A DNA stretch of 64,000 nucleotides, from assembly GCA_963662465.1 (NCBI GenBank), contig OY759599.1:3264001-3328000 (forward strand). Direction: 5' to 3'. Below the pieces are notes generated by a model that worked only from the letters and a program-made list of their open reading frames with translations, ran no database searches and was not told the DNA's origin. Source of the stretch: Desulfatiglandales bacterium (lineage in GTDB: Bacteria; Desulfobacterota; DSM-4660; Desulfatiglandales; Desulfatiglandaceae). Shown here in pieces: positions 1-8,543 of this stretch; within the stretch, counting starts at the first letter, position 1; the number at the start of each line of letters is the position of its first letter. A program made the translations under genes and the position numbers.

Positions 1-963
1 CTGATTTTTCAACAACAACATCAGAACACGGCCCAGATCGTGCAGCAGTCCGATAGTCGCTACTTCCGAAGGATTCGCGGCTCGCGATGCCAGTGAGAGG
101 CCATAAGCGATGTGAGAAATCGCCACGGAGTGGGATTGAATCGCATTGAATTTCGGTGTATTCGGCATGGAGCGCCTTAGCCCTTCGGCGATAATCAATT
201 GGTATATTCTGCTGAAACCGATTAGGACTAAGGCGTGGTTAACATCGGAAACCTTTTGCCTAAGACCGTAATACGCTGAATTAACGGTCTTAAGCACAAC
301 CGCCACTGAAGAAGGATCCTGTTTGATCAGATCAGATGCTTCGCGCAATGACGTATTTTTTTGTGACAACCGAATCAGCAAGGTACTCGCAAAGGATGGC
401 AGCCTGGGGACTTTTTTGATAATCCCCTTGATTATTTCAGATTCTCCGTAATTGACTTCTCCCTGAGATCGCTCGGAATGGATACGATCGATCAGCCGTC
501 GATTCAGAACTTTCAGTTCCCTTTCACTTGATAACATTTGACGGATACGTTCATTGGCCAGATCGTTCAATTTCTTCAGCAGGAATAACTGGGTTTGAGC
601 ATTTAGCGCATTAAAGGCGGCCTCATTTATTGCCATAACCCTGGACGGAACACAGGCGATAACGGACGCCGTCCTAGGAACCTTCTTGGTAAATGCGATT
701 TCTCCAACCCAATCCCCGCTATGGAAGCAGGCAATTTCCCTCGGCTGCCCATTCGTGATTTTGAGGATCTTCAGTTTACCATCCAGCAGCAGGTACACTG
801 TTTGACCCGCGTCTCCCTCTTTCATCAGGTATTCACCGGTCGCCAATTTCCTGATTTCCGAACAGGTATACAGCGTTTTCAGATCTTTTTGGCTAAGTTG
901 GGAAAAGATAGATTGCAGGTTCTTTTTGGATGACCTCTCCAAACTTCTGACGTCATTTGACAT
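1..963 (-). CDS. cyclic-nucleotide-binding + HDOD domain signalling protein (3' end runs off the window)
   Basis: Manual translation from ATG at 963 (absent from the ORF track). cNMP motifs EGDAGQTVYLLLDG and GEIAF..PRTAS; HDOD motifs LPSFAS, DPSSVAVVLKTVNSAYYG, GLLHDLG. Confidence 0.85.
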   Translation of the reverse strand, partial: MSNDVRSLERSSKKNLQSIFSQLSQKDLKTLYTCSEIRKLATGEYLMKEGDAGQTVYLLLDGKLKILKITNGQPREIACFHSGDWVGEIAFTKKVPRTASVIACVPSRVMAINEAAFNALNAQTQLFLLKKLNDLANERIRQMLSSERELKVLNRRLIDRIHSERSQGEVNYGESEIIKGIIKKVPRLPSFASTLLIRLSQKNTSLREASDLIKQDPSSVAVVLKTVNSAYYGLRQKVSDVNHALVLIGFSRIYQLIIAEGLRRSMPNTPKFNAIQSHSVAISHIAYGLSLASRAANPSEVATIGLLHDLGRVLMLLLKNQ

Positions 964-1178
964 TAGATTCTGCCTCGAGGTTAAGCAGTTTACAGTCGTT
1001 TAAAAAAAACCTAAATTATTTGTCCAAACGCGGGTTATTAGCAGCCACCACCTTTTTACCTATTTTATAGAATTTCGCAGGTCAAGTAAACGAAAAAAAC
1101 AATAGTGAATTTTCTTTTTAAAGGCTGGTTTTTAAATTCTTATACAGGGGCCAAAGCGAGAAAAGGGACACCAAATTC

Positions 1179-2333
1179 CTAAGGTGAAGGAATACGCCTC
1201 CCCACGGGCAAACGGATCTTCTGCACCGCCATGAGGCTAATCAAACTCAAGCCCGCGCCCGCCACAAAGGGAATACGGTAATCCACCATCCATAAAATCC
1301 CTCCCAGGGCAGGCAGGAACACGGCGGCGATATGATTGATGGTGAAGCCCACTGCCATGCTGGGCGCGATGTCCTTGGGGTCGCCTATCTTTTGAAAATA
1401 AGTCCGAATGGCAATGGCAAAATTGAAAAAGATATGGTCCAGAATATAGAGGCAGGAAACCAGCATCTTGGAATCAACAGCCGCGTAAGCCATAAAAATA
1501 AAGATCAGGCTGAAATACTCCAGGGACAGGACTTTCCGCTCACCGAAACGGATAATGCATCTTCCCACCATGGGACTTAAAAAGTAATTGATGAGATTGT
1601 TGATGATAAACAACACTGTTACTTCCTGCACCGTAAACCCAAATTTCCGAACCAGCAACAGCACGGCAAAGGCCATAAAAATCTGCCGCCTGGCGCCAGC
1701 CATGAACGTCAGAAAATAATAGAGCCAGTACTTTTTCCGAAAGATCATTTTTTTGTGCTGTAAAACAATGTTTTTGTCCGTGGGATTTTGGGTAAAAGCC
1801 CACATGCCGGCAGCCATAACCAACCCCCCGATCGTCAGGTAAATATCCTTAAAATCCAGAAAACTTGAAATCAGAAAGATGAGAACGCCGACGCCGATAT
1901 TGGACGCGGCGGCAATGCTGCGCAGTTTGCCAAACACCATGGGGCTGGTATGCTCGTCAAAATACTGAAGCGTTAGGGACTGGTTGGTGGTTTCATAATA
2001 ATGAAACCCGAAGCTCATCACCACGGTGGTGACCATCAACCCGGCATAGGAAGGGAAAAACCCCGTAAACGTAAGTCCTATCCCCAAAAACAGGATGGAG
2101 ATAGCGGACAGGCGATGCTCCTTAATGATCATCATGACGAAAACCGCCAGGAGGGTCAAAAACCCGGGAATCTCCCGCACGGACTGGATCATGCCCACCT
2201 GTTCGCCCGTGAGGTTCACCTGTTCCACGGCAAAATTGTTGAACAGCATCATCCAGGCCTGCAATCCGACGGTGGAACTGATGGTCAGCACCAGCAGAAA
2301 CCGGTACATGGAGTTTTGTTTCAGCGGAATCAT
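1179..2333 (-). CDS. MFS transporter
   Basis: Many hydrophobic TM segments, REIPGFL motif; start trimmed to the ATG at 2333 just after the upstream gene. Confidence 0.8.
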   Translation of the reverse strand: MIPLKQNSMYRFLLVLTISSTVGLQAWMMLFNNFAVEQVNLTGEQVGMIQSVREIPGFLTLLAVFVMMIIKEHRLSAISILFLGIGLTFTGFFPSYAGLMVTTVVMSFGFHYYETTNQSLTLQYFDEHTSPMVFGKLRSIAAASNIGVGVLIFLISSFLDFKDIYLTIGGLVMAAGMWAFTQNPTDKNIVLQHKKMIFRKKYWLYYFLTFMAGARRQIFMAFAVLLLVRKFGFTVQEVTVLFIINNLINYFLSPMVGRCIIRFGERKVLSLEYFSLIFIFMAYAAVDSKMLVSCLYILDHIFFNFAIAIRTYFQKIGDPKDIAPSMAVGFTINHIAAVFLPALGGILWMVDYRIPFVAGAGLSLISLMAVQKIRLPVGRRIPSP

Positions 2334-2358
2334 ATGTTCGGGGATACCCAAAACCGTC

Positions 2359-3147
2359 TCAAAGGCAACTTCTCGCCCCTTTGTACCGAGGGGCATAATA
2401 GGAATTGGAAAGGGAATCCATGCGAATGGTCTTGCCTCTTCCCGGTGCATGAACAAATTTTCCGTCCCCCATGTAGATGCCCACGTGGGAAATCCGATTT
2501 CGGCCTGTTATATCAAAAAAAACCAGATCCCCTTCAACCAGATCGGGCTGAGGGAGCGGTTTTCCAACCTGGTACTGTTCTTTTGAGGTACGGGGCAGCG
2601 TAACACCGTTCAAGTGATAAACCGCCATGACCAGTCCGCTGCAGTCAAACCCGTTCTCTGCCGAACTTCCACCCCATCGATAGGGAAGCCCAATAAACCC
2701 ATGGGCCGTAGCCACAATCTCTTTTCTGAGGCCATGGCTTTCGAATTTTTCTTCTTTCCGGACGACCGCATGGTCACTGGGAGGAACCACATAATAATCA
2801 TCGATGATGCCCACACGCACCAGACTTCCGGCATTTCGGCGGGCCTCCATCCAGGAAGAAAAATCACCGAACCGGACCTTGTAAAGGCCCCGTTTCGTAC
2901 GAAAATAGTAGGCGTCTATCCCCCGTTTTTCAAGAGACCGGGTGAGTCTTACTGCATTGTCCAGGGTTCTGAAGGCGCCTACCTGAATGCTGTAACCAGT
3001 CAGCGAGGCTGCTGCCATCGCCCTTGGCGCGGCGGGCGATTGAGACGGTTCCCTGGACGCCTGGGCGCATCCCTCGCTCAAGGCAAGGACACCGAGCAAC
3101 AGCACCCAGGGTTTCAAACACAATAGGATCTTTAGAAAAGTCTTCAA
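2359..3147 (-). CDS. SPOR-domain NlpC/P60 (C40) peptidoglycan endopeptidase
   Basis: Signal peptide, SPOR motif YSIQVGAF, NlpC/P60 motifs PYRWGG..GFDCSGL and HVGIY.G.GKFVHA. Confidence 0.9.
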   Translation of the reverse strand: MKTFLKILLCLKPWVLLLGVLALSEGCAQASREPSQSPAAPRAMAAASLTGYSIQVGAFRTLDNAVRLTRSLEKRGIDAYYFRTKRGLYKVRFGDFSSWMEARRNAGSLVRVGIIDDYYVVPPSDHAVVRKEEKFESHGLRKEIVATAHGFIGLPYRWGGSSAENGFDCSGLVMAVYHLNGVTLPRTSKEQYQVGKPLPQPDLVEGDLVFFDITGRNRISHVGIYMGDGKFVHAPGRGKTIRMDSLSNSYYAPRYKGARSCL

Positions 3148-3159
3148 GCTTCAACGCCC

Positions 3160-3447
3160 TTACTGCCAGGGACTTTCGCCCCCATTCATATCCGGTCTAC
3201 CATAATCGTTTTCCCATGAAGGCGGTGCATCGGGGACCACCTGGTAACGCCATTGGGACGGATCAAACTCCTCCCGAAGATCGGCGCAGGATGACAGGGG
3301 CACGGTAACGCCCAAAATGCCAAAGGCAATGACAGCCGCCTTTGCATTGTTCCTTAACACCTGCATAATGGTTTTTTTATGCCCGCTCATATACGAATGG
3401 ACCTCCTGTTCGTTCTTGACTTGAAAATTCAGATTGGATACCCTCAT
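3160..3447 (-). CDS. small putative lipoprotein (true start probably internal)
   Basis: Hydrophobic stretch ending in lipobox-like LSSC; co-oriented with the NlpC/P60 gene. Confidence 0.45.
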   Translation of the reverse strand: MRVSNLNFQVKNEQEVHSYMSGHKKTIMQVLRNNAKAAVIAFGILGVTVPLSSCADLREEFDPSQWRYQVVPDAPPSWENDYGRPDMNGGESPWQ

Positions 3448-3679
3448 TCATTACAAAAAGGGGATGTTATCCACATCATCAGAGAAAAAAATATTTGTTT
3501 TATACCATCCCGAAACCGAAAATACCAGCGCCAAAAGGTTTTTTTCAAGTATCGGCGTCAGGGGTTTATGAAACGACTTTGCAATTCCATGAAGAGGCAC
3601 TAACTTTAGAAGATAAAGTAACCTTTTCGAAACATCCGGCTCTATAACCCGGAAGACTAATCTTTCAGGGAGGAAATCC

Positions 3680-3892
3680 ATGCCCATCTATGAATTCAAA
3701 TGTAAGAAATGCGGAACCGTTTATGAGTCCCTCTGCTTCCGTTCCAGCGGGGAGGACAAAGGCCCCTGCCCTACCTGCGGCGGGAATGACTGCGAAAAGC
3801 AACTGTCCACCTTTTCTTCCACCGGTTCGAGCCTCAACCTCGGCGGCGCTTCGGCCTCCGGTTCATGCGCCCCGCGCGGCGGTTTTTCCTGA
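3680..3892 (+). CDS. FmdB-family zinc-ribbon protein (possible Sec read-through to TAA at 3901)
   Basis: MPIYEFKCKKCG...CPTCG motif; GGAGG RBS. Confidence 0.9.
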   Translation: MPIYEFKCKKCGTVYESLCFRSSGEDKGPCPTCGGNDCEKQLSTFSSTGSSLNLGGASASGSCAPRGGFS

Positions 3893-3998
3893 GCCGGATA
3901 ATGAAGGCAGCCGTGCGCTGCCCCGAGTACACAATCCCGAAAATAATGGGAGATAAAACCTTTTGGAAACATCTAAACCCCAAAAAAAAGGAAACGAC

Positions 3999-4151
3999 AT
4001 GAGTATCTGGATCATATTACTGGTTATCGTGGGGTGGGTTTTGTTGCAAGCCTACATCCTGCCCAAATTCGGCATTTCCACATGAATGAGAAATAGTTGC
4101 CAGGTCGGCGACAAACAACCCAAACCCATCGATATTCTGGATAAAAAGTAG
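3999..4151 (+). CDS. candidate 50-aa membrane selenoprotein (TGA 4083-4085 read as Sec)
   Basis: AAGGA RBS then MSIWIILLVIVGWVLLQAYILPKFGIST-U-MRNSCQVGDKQPKPIDILDKK; hairpin GTTGCC-AGGTC-GGCGAC 10 nt after the TGA. Confidence 0.6.
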
Positions 4152-4350
4152 CTTCTCTCGGGCCGGGGAGAATTGAAGCTCCGGCCCGCGGAACCGGATG
4201 TAACTTCCGCCGGAAACCCAGTGGAACCGCTATACTGCTTTGCGATGCTTTCCTCGCCTGGGGGATTTTATCAGATTGACGAAATTCCACGTTCCGTGTT
4301 ATTTCCTTATCAAAACATTATCCTCAAAATCAGAAACAGGAGAAAAATCG

Positions 4351-5481
4351 ATGGAAGACAAGAAAGCCGATTTGGCCGGTCCCGGCATCGGTAATTACAC
4401 TGAAATTGAAAGCATCTTACCCGATGACTATGCCTCTTTGCTGAACCCGAAGGAAACCCAGCTTGCCCTTTATGCCGCCAAGGACTACATCGAGGAAAAC
4501 CTGTGCAAGGAACTGAATCTTATCCGGGTCACTGTTCCCCTCATCGTGGACGTGGACAGCGGCATAAACGATTACCTGGACCGGGACGGTTCCAGAACCC
4601 CGATCCAGTTTCACATTTCCAATGACCACGACAAAAATCCCATTGACGCTCAGATTGTTCAAGCCGCTACCAAATGGAAACGGGTCGCCCTCAAACAGTT
4701 CGGTATGAATGTGGGCGAAGGGCTCATCACGGACATGCGGGCCATACGGAAAGATTACTTCCTGGATCACGATCACAGCGCCTATGTGGATCAATGGGAC
4801 TGGGAACTGGCCATCACCGAAGAACAGCGCAACCTGCAACTCTTAAAACAGGTGGTGGAAAAGATATGGAAAGTCCTCAAGGGTGCTGAAACCCACCTGC
4901 AAACGCTTTTCCCCCAGCTCAAAACCGACAAATACCCGGACATGCCGGAAAAACTCACCTTTATCCACGCGGAAGACATCCTGGCCCAATACCCCGACAT
5001 GCCCCGCAAACAGCGGGAGACGGAAATCGTCAAGGAGCACAAAGCGGTCTTCATTTATGGCATCGGCTGGACCCTTGCGGATGGTTATCCCCATGAAATG
5101 CGGGCCGCGGATTATGACGACTGGGCCACGGAAACCACCTCCGAGGACGGTCAGCCCATGCATGGCCTGAACGGCGACATCCTGGTCTGGAACCCCATCA
5201 CGAAACGCCGCCACGAACTGACCTCCATGGGTATTCGCGTCAATGCCCAAACCCTGCGGCAACAGCTTGAAATCACGAACCAGATGGATTTCTTGAAAAT
5301 GCCCTACCACCAGGCCGTGTTGAACAATGACATCCCCCTCAGCATCGGCGGCGGCATCGGACAATCCCGAACCTTCATGCTGCTGCTCAAAAAAGCGCAC
5401 CTGGGAGAAGTGAGCGCCACGGTGTGGCCGAAAGTCCTTAAAACCATGTGTGCGAAGAAAAATATTCATGTGATTGAATGA
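4351..5481 (+). CDS. asnA: aspartate--ammonia ligase (asparagine synthetase A)
   Basis: KWKR, HSAYVDQWDWE, RAADYDDW, LNGDIL, ELTSMGIRV and SIGGGIGQSR motifs; start at ATG 4351 after AGGAG. Confidence 0.92.
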   Translation: MEDKKADLAGPGIGNYTEIESILPDDYASLLNPKETQLALYAAKDYIEENLCKELNLIRVTVPLIVDVDSGINDYLDRDGSRTPIQFHISNDHDKNPIDAQIVQAATKWKRVALKQFGMNVGEGLITDMRAIRKDYFLDHDHSAYVDQWDWELAITEEQRNLQLLKQVVEKIWKVLKGAETHLQTLFPQLKTDKYPDMPEKLTFIHAEDILAQYPDMPRKQRETEIVKEHKAVFIYGIGWTLADGYPHEMRAADYDDWATETTSEDGQPMHGLNGDILVWNPITKRRHELTSMGIRVNAQTLRQQLEITNQMDFLKMPYHQAVLNNDIPLSIGGGIGQSRTFMLLLKKAHLGEVSATVWPKVLKTMCAKKNIHVIE

Positions 5482-5486
5482 TGGGC

Positions 5487-5514
5487 GTTAGCTGTTAGCT
5501 GTTAGCTGTTAGCT
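5487..5514. repeat. heptamer tandem repeat (GTTAGCT)x4
   Basis: Read directly between asnA and the peroxiredoxin. Confidence 0.9.
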
Positions 5515-5589
5515 AGAGCCTCTTAATCATTGCTGTTGTATTGTTAACCCAACAAAAAACCTGAGAAGCATATCACACAAGGAGGTCCT

Positions 5590-6309
5590 ATGGCGGAAGA
5601 GCTGAAAGTAGGATGCGCACGTCCCACCGGAGGGCCGGTGGGAGAACCGGCCCCTGAACCCACCACCCAAGGAGAAACCCCTAAGAAGGAGGAAAAAAGA
5701 ATGATACAGGTTGGCAAAAAAGCCCCCGACTTTACCGCGCCGGGCTACCAAAAAGGAAAATTCGTTAATGTGAAATTATCGGAGTACCTGGGAAAATGGG
5801 TGGTGCTATGTTTTTATCCCGGTGATTTCACCTTTGTCTGAGCCACCGAGATTTCAGCAGTTGCTGAAAAATACCCCGAATTCCAGAAGCTGGGCGTTGA
5901 AGTGCTTTCCATGAGCATCGACAGCATGTTCGTGCATAAAATGTGGAACGATTATGAATTGAGCAAAATGGTAGATGGCGGCGTGCCCTTTGCGATGCTA
6001 TCCGACGCCGGCGGCAGAGTGGGAAAAGTCTATGGGATTTACGACGAGGATGCCGGCGTTGAAACCCGCGGTAGATTCATTATCGACCCCGACGGCATCA
6101 TCCAAGGCTATGAAGTGCTGACCCCGCCGGTGGGAAGAAACGTCAGCGAAAGCCTGCGCCAGATTCAGGCGTTTCAACTGGTCAGGGAATCCAAGGGCGC
6201 CGAAGCCACGCCTTCAGGCTGGAAACCCGGGAAAATGACCCTTAAACCCGGGCCCGACCTGGTGGGCAATGTTTGGAAAGAATGGAAAACCGAAATGGCC
6301 TTTGACTAA
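5590..6309 (+). CDS. prxU: selenocysteine-containing peroxiredoxin (AhpC/TSA family)
   Basis: ORFs 5590-5841 and 5902-6309 are one frame joined by TGA 5839-5841 at the peroxidatic position ([13 protein letters not shown]); SECIS-like hairpin TTTCAGC-AGTT-GCTGAAA 10 nt downstream. Confidence 0.9.
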
Positions 6310-6456
6310 CCCCCGGCAAATCCCTTCAGGGGTGAGGCGACAGCACTGTCGAACCCGCCTCACCCCCCCCCCTGCACTTATAAATATCTCCCATCGGATA
6401 AACGCGAACAGAAGGGCTCTCCCATCTTTTTTGTTATTAAATATTTCAAAAAAAGG

Positions 6457-6501
6457 TTGACAGTTTGCATTTCTTTTTTTACAGTCTAACGACTGTTCGT
6501 T
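6457..6501 (+). promoter_or_regulatory. sigma70 promoter with putative TetR operator
   Basis: TTGACA-17 bp-TACAGT followed by CTAACGACTGTTCGTT; similar architecture at 16479-16524. Confidence 0.65.
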
Positions 6502-6523
6502 TCCAACCTTGATAAAAACGGTT

Positions 6524-7105
6524 ATGCATCAAACCAAAACAAACCAAAAATTAAAAGAAATTCATCGAGCAATTGCTCGTCTCTTTGCACAAAAAGGATA
6601 CCATGCCACGTCCATGCGCGCCATTGCACAGGCACTGAACATGCAGCCTTCTTCCCTTTACCATTATTTCACTGGAAAAGAAGAGATGCTTTTCACCCTG
6701 ATGAACAATGCTATGGATGAGGCCCTGGAAACCCTGAAAACCGTCTGCGAAACGGACTCCCCACCCGAACAAAAGCTGCGGGACATGCTTGACTTCTACA
6801 CCCGGTTTTTTGCCGGCGATCAAGATCGTGAAATCTTGCTCGTAAACGAAATTGACTCTCTCACCGAGGATTACCGAAACATCCTCATCGCCAAACAACG
6901 CAGCTACATTCATCTGCTGAGATCCATATTTGAACAATTAAAGGGTCATGACCTGATGAAGGACATCGATCCGACCGTCGCTACTTTTGCGTTCTTCGGC
7001 ATGGTCCATTATACCATCAAATGGTATCAAAATAACGGACCTGTCAGCATATCGGACTTATCCAATACATTTGTGGAAATATTTACCAGGGGCATTTTAA
7101 AGTGA
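6524..7105 (+). CDS. TetR/AcrR-family transcriptional regulator
   Basis: N-terminal HTH LFAQKGYHATSMRAIA...SLYHYFTGKEEML; C-terminal WY..NGP motif. Confidence 0.92.
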   Translation: MHQTKTNQKLKEIHRAIARLFAQKGYHATSMRAIAQALNMQPSSLYHYFTGKEEMLFTLMNNAMDEALETLKTVCETDSPPEQKLRDMLDFYTRFFAGDQDREILLVNEIDSLTEDYRNILIAKQRSYIHLLRSIFEQLKGHDLMKDIDPTVATFAFFGMVHYTIKWYQNNGPVSISDLSNTFVEIFTRGILK

Positions 7106-7281
7106 CCCCCAGTAGCGTTTAAACGCCAAACGCACGCAAACAAAAATATTTTCACTGAACCATTAGACTATAACGCAGTGTAAAGATATTGGAGTGATAG
7201 TGTAAAGCCTTTACAGTTTTACGGTTTTAATAAGTCTGTAAATGAGTGCGGTATCAGGTAGTTGTTCAACATCTTCATTGT

Positions 7282-7297
7282 TGGCATAGTAATTGCT
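7282..7297 (+). promoter_or_regulatory. sigma54 (-24/-12) promoter
   Basis: TGGCAT-AGTAA-TTGCT with exact GG/GC spacing; upstream palindrome TGTAAAGCCTTTACA (~7201-7215) as possible enhancer site. Confidence 0.65.
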
Positions 7298-7513
7298 TCA
7301 AAATGAATTCACGACAATGATCTTTGACTTCATCAATGGGATGTAAATCTTTTTCAAAATGCAACAGGATTCAAAAACGGGCGGGAACCTCATTTGTGCA
7401 GGTTGTTGCCATGGGTTTCTTTATTCATCGCACATGGATCGAAAACGGTTACAAAAGTTTGGAAGTTCTTCTTTTTGAAGGGTCGTGAGCCAACAGATGA
7501 GACGGAGTTGAGA

Positions 7514-8488
7514 ATGAAACACCTAAAGTACATGATCGTGGTATTGGTGCTGAGTGCATGGGTTAGTGGTTCCGCTGATGCGGCGGAGGGCAGGAAATTC
7601 CTATGGAACAAAGCCTATTTTTACAATTTTTACAGTGTCTCCCCCCTGCCGAGCGGCGACGTATGGGCAGTGGGCAGCAATAGCATGGTCTGCCGGCTAA
7701 ACCCGGAAACATACGAATGGGACATTCAGGAACCCGGACTTCATGGCAACCTGTACAGCGTATCCTTTGTTGACGCCCAAAATGGCTGGATCTGCGGGCA
7801 GGACGGCCAAATTGCCAACACACAAGATGGCGGGAAAACCTGGCAGCTTCAAAAAAGCGGCACCAAGGAACATCTCTTCAGCATTTGTTTCAAAGATACC
7901 GAAAAAGGATGGCTGGTGGGCGCCTACGGCACCATCCTGCATACTCAGGACGGTGGGAAAAACTGGCATGTGCAGGGCGAAAAAGCAGACAAGATTTACA
8001 ACCGCGTCTACTTTCTCGATAGCCAAAATGGCGGGATCGTAGGAGAGTTCGGCACCATCCTCCATACGGAAGACGGCGGTCTCAACTGGACCGAACAAAA
8101 AAGCCCCCTGGGAGAAAAAAACCTGTTCTGCGTATACTTTACCGATTCACAAAATGGGTGGATCGCGGGAATGGACGGCAGCATTCTGAACACCCGGGAC
8201 GGCGGCAACACCTGGGAAGAGATAAAATCGCACATGGTTGAAAATCTTATGAGCATTCAGGTCATGGGAAACAAGGGCTGGACCATCGGACTAAAGGGAA
8301 CATACGGGATGCTCGGAGAAGGCGAGTGGAAGGACGAAACCCACAGGGTTCCCACAAGAGCATGGTTGAAAGATTGTGCTTTTGTTAATGAAAAAACCGG
8401 CTGGCTGGCTGGCAGCGTGGGAACCCTGCTGCATACCCTAGACGGCGGTAAAACCTGGCTTCCCGCTTACAAGTCGGGGAAAAACTAA
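7514..8488 (+). CDS. YCF48/BNR-repeat beta-propeller protein
   Basis: Signal peptide and repeated G..G.ILHT.DGG.TW motifs. Confidence 0.9.
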   Translation: MKHLKYMIVVLVLSAWVSGSADAAEGRKFLWNKAYFYNFYSVSPLPSGDVWAVGSNSMVCRLNPETYEWDIQEPGLHGNLYSVSFVDAQNGWICGQDGQIANTQDGGKTWQLQKSGTKEHLFSICFKDTEKGWLVGAYGTILHTQDGGKNWHVQGEKADKIYNRVYFLDSQNGGIVGEFGTILHTEDGGLNWTEQKSPLGEKNLFCVYFTDSQNGWIAGMDGSILNTRDGGNTWEEIKSHMVENLMSIQVMGNKGWTIGLKGTYGMLGEGEWKDETHRVPTRAWLKDCAFVNEKTGWLAGSVGTLLHTLDGGKTWLPAYKSGKN

Positions 8489-8543
8489 AAGCGCTGAATG
8501 ATAAGATACCGGGAACGTCCCAAGAAAAGAGAGGTGTTGGCAC

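Noticed and set aside
5487..5514. (GTTAGCT)x4 as integron core sites
   Set aside because: Simple tandem repeat far from intI with no attC arms.
5590..6309. Peroxiredoxin as a nonsense pseudogene or two genes
   Set aside because: The TGA is at the catalytic Cys position with a SECIS-like hairpin.
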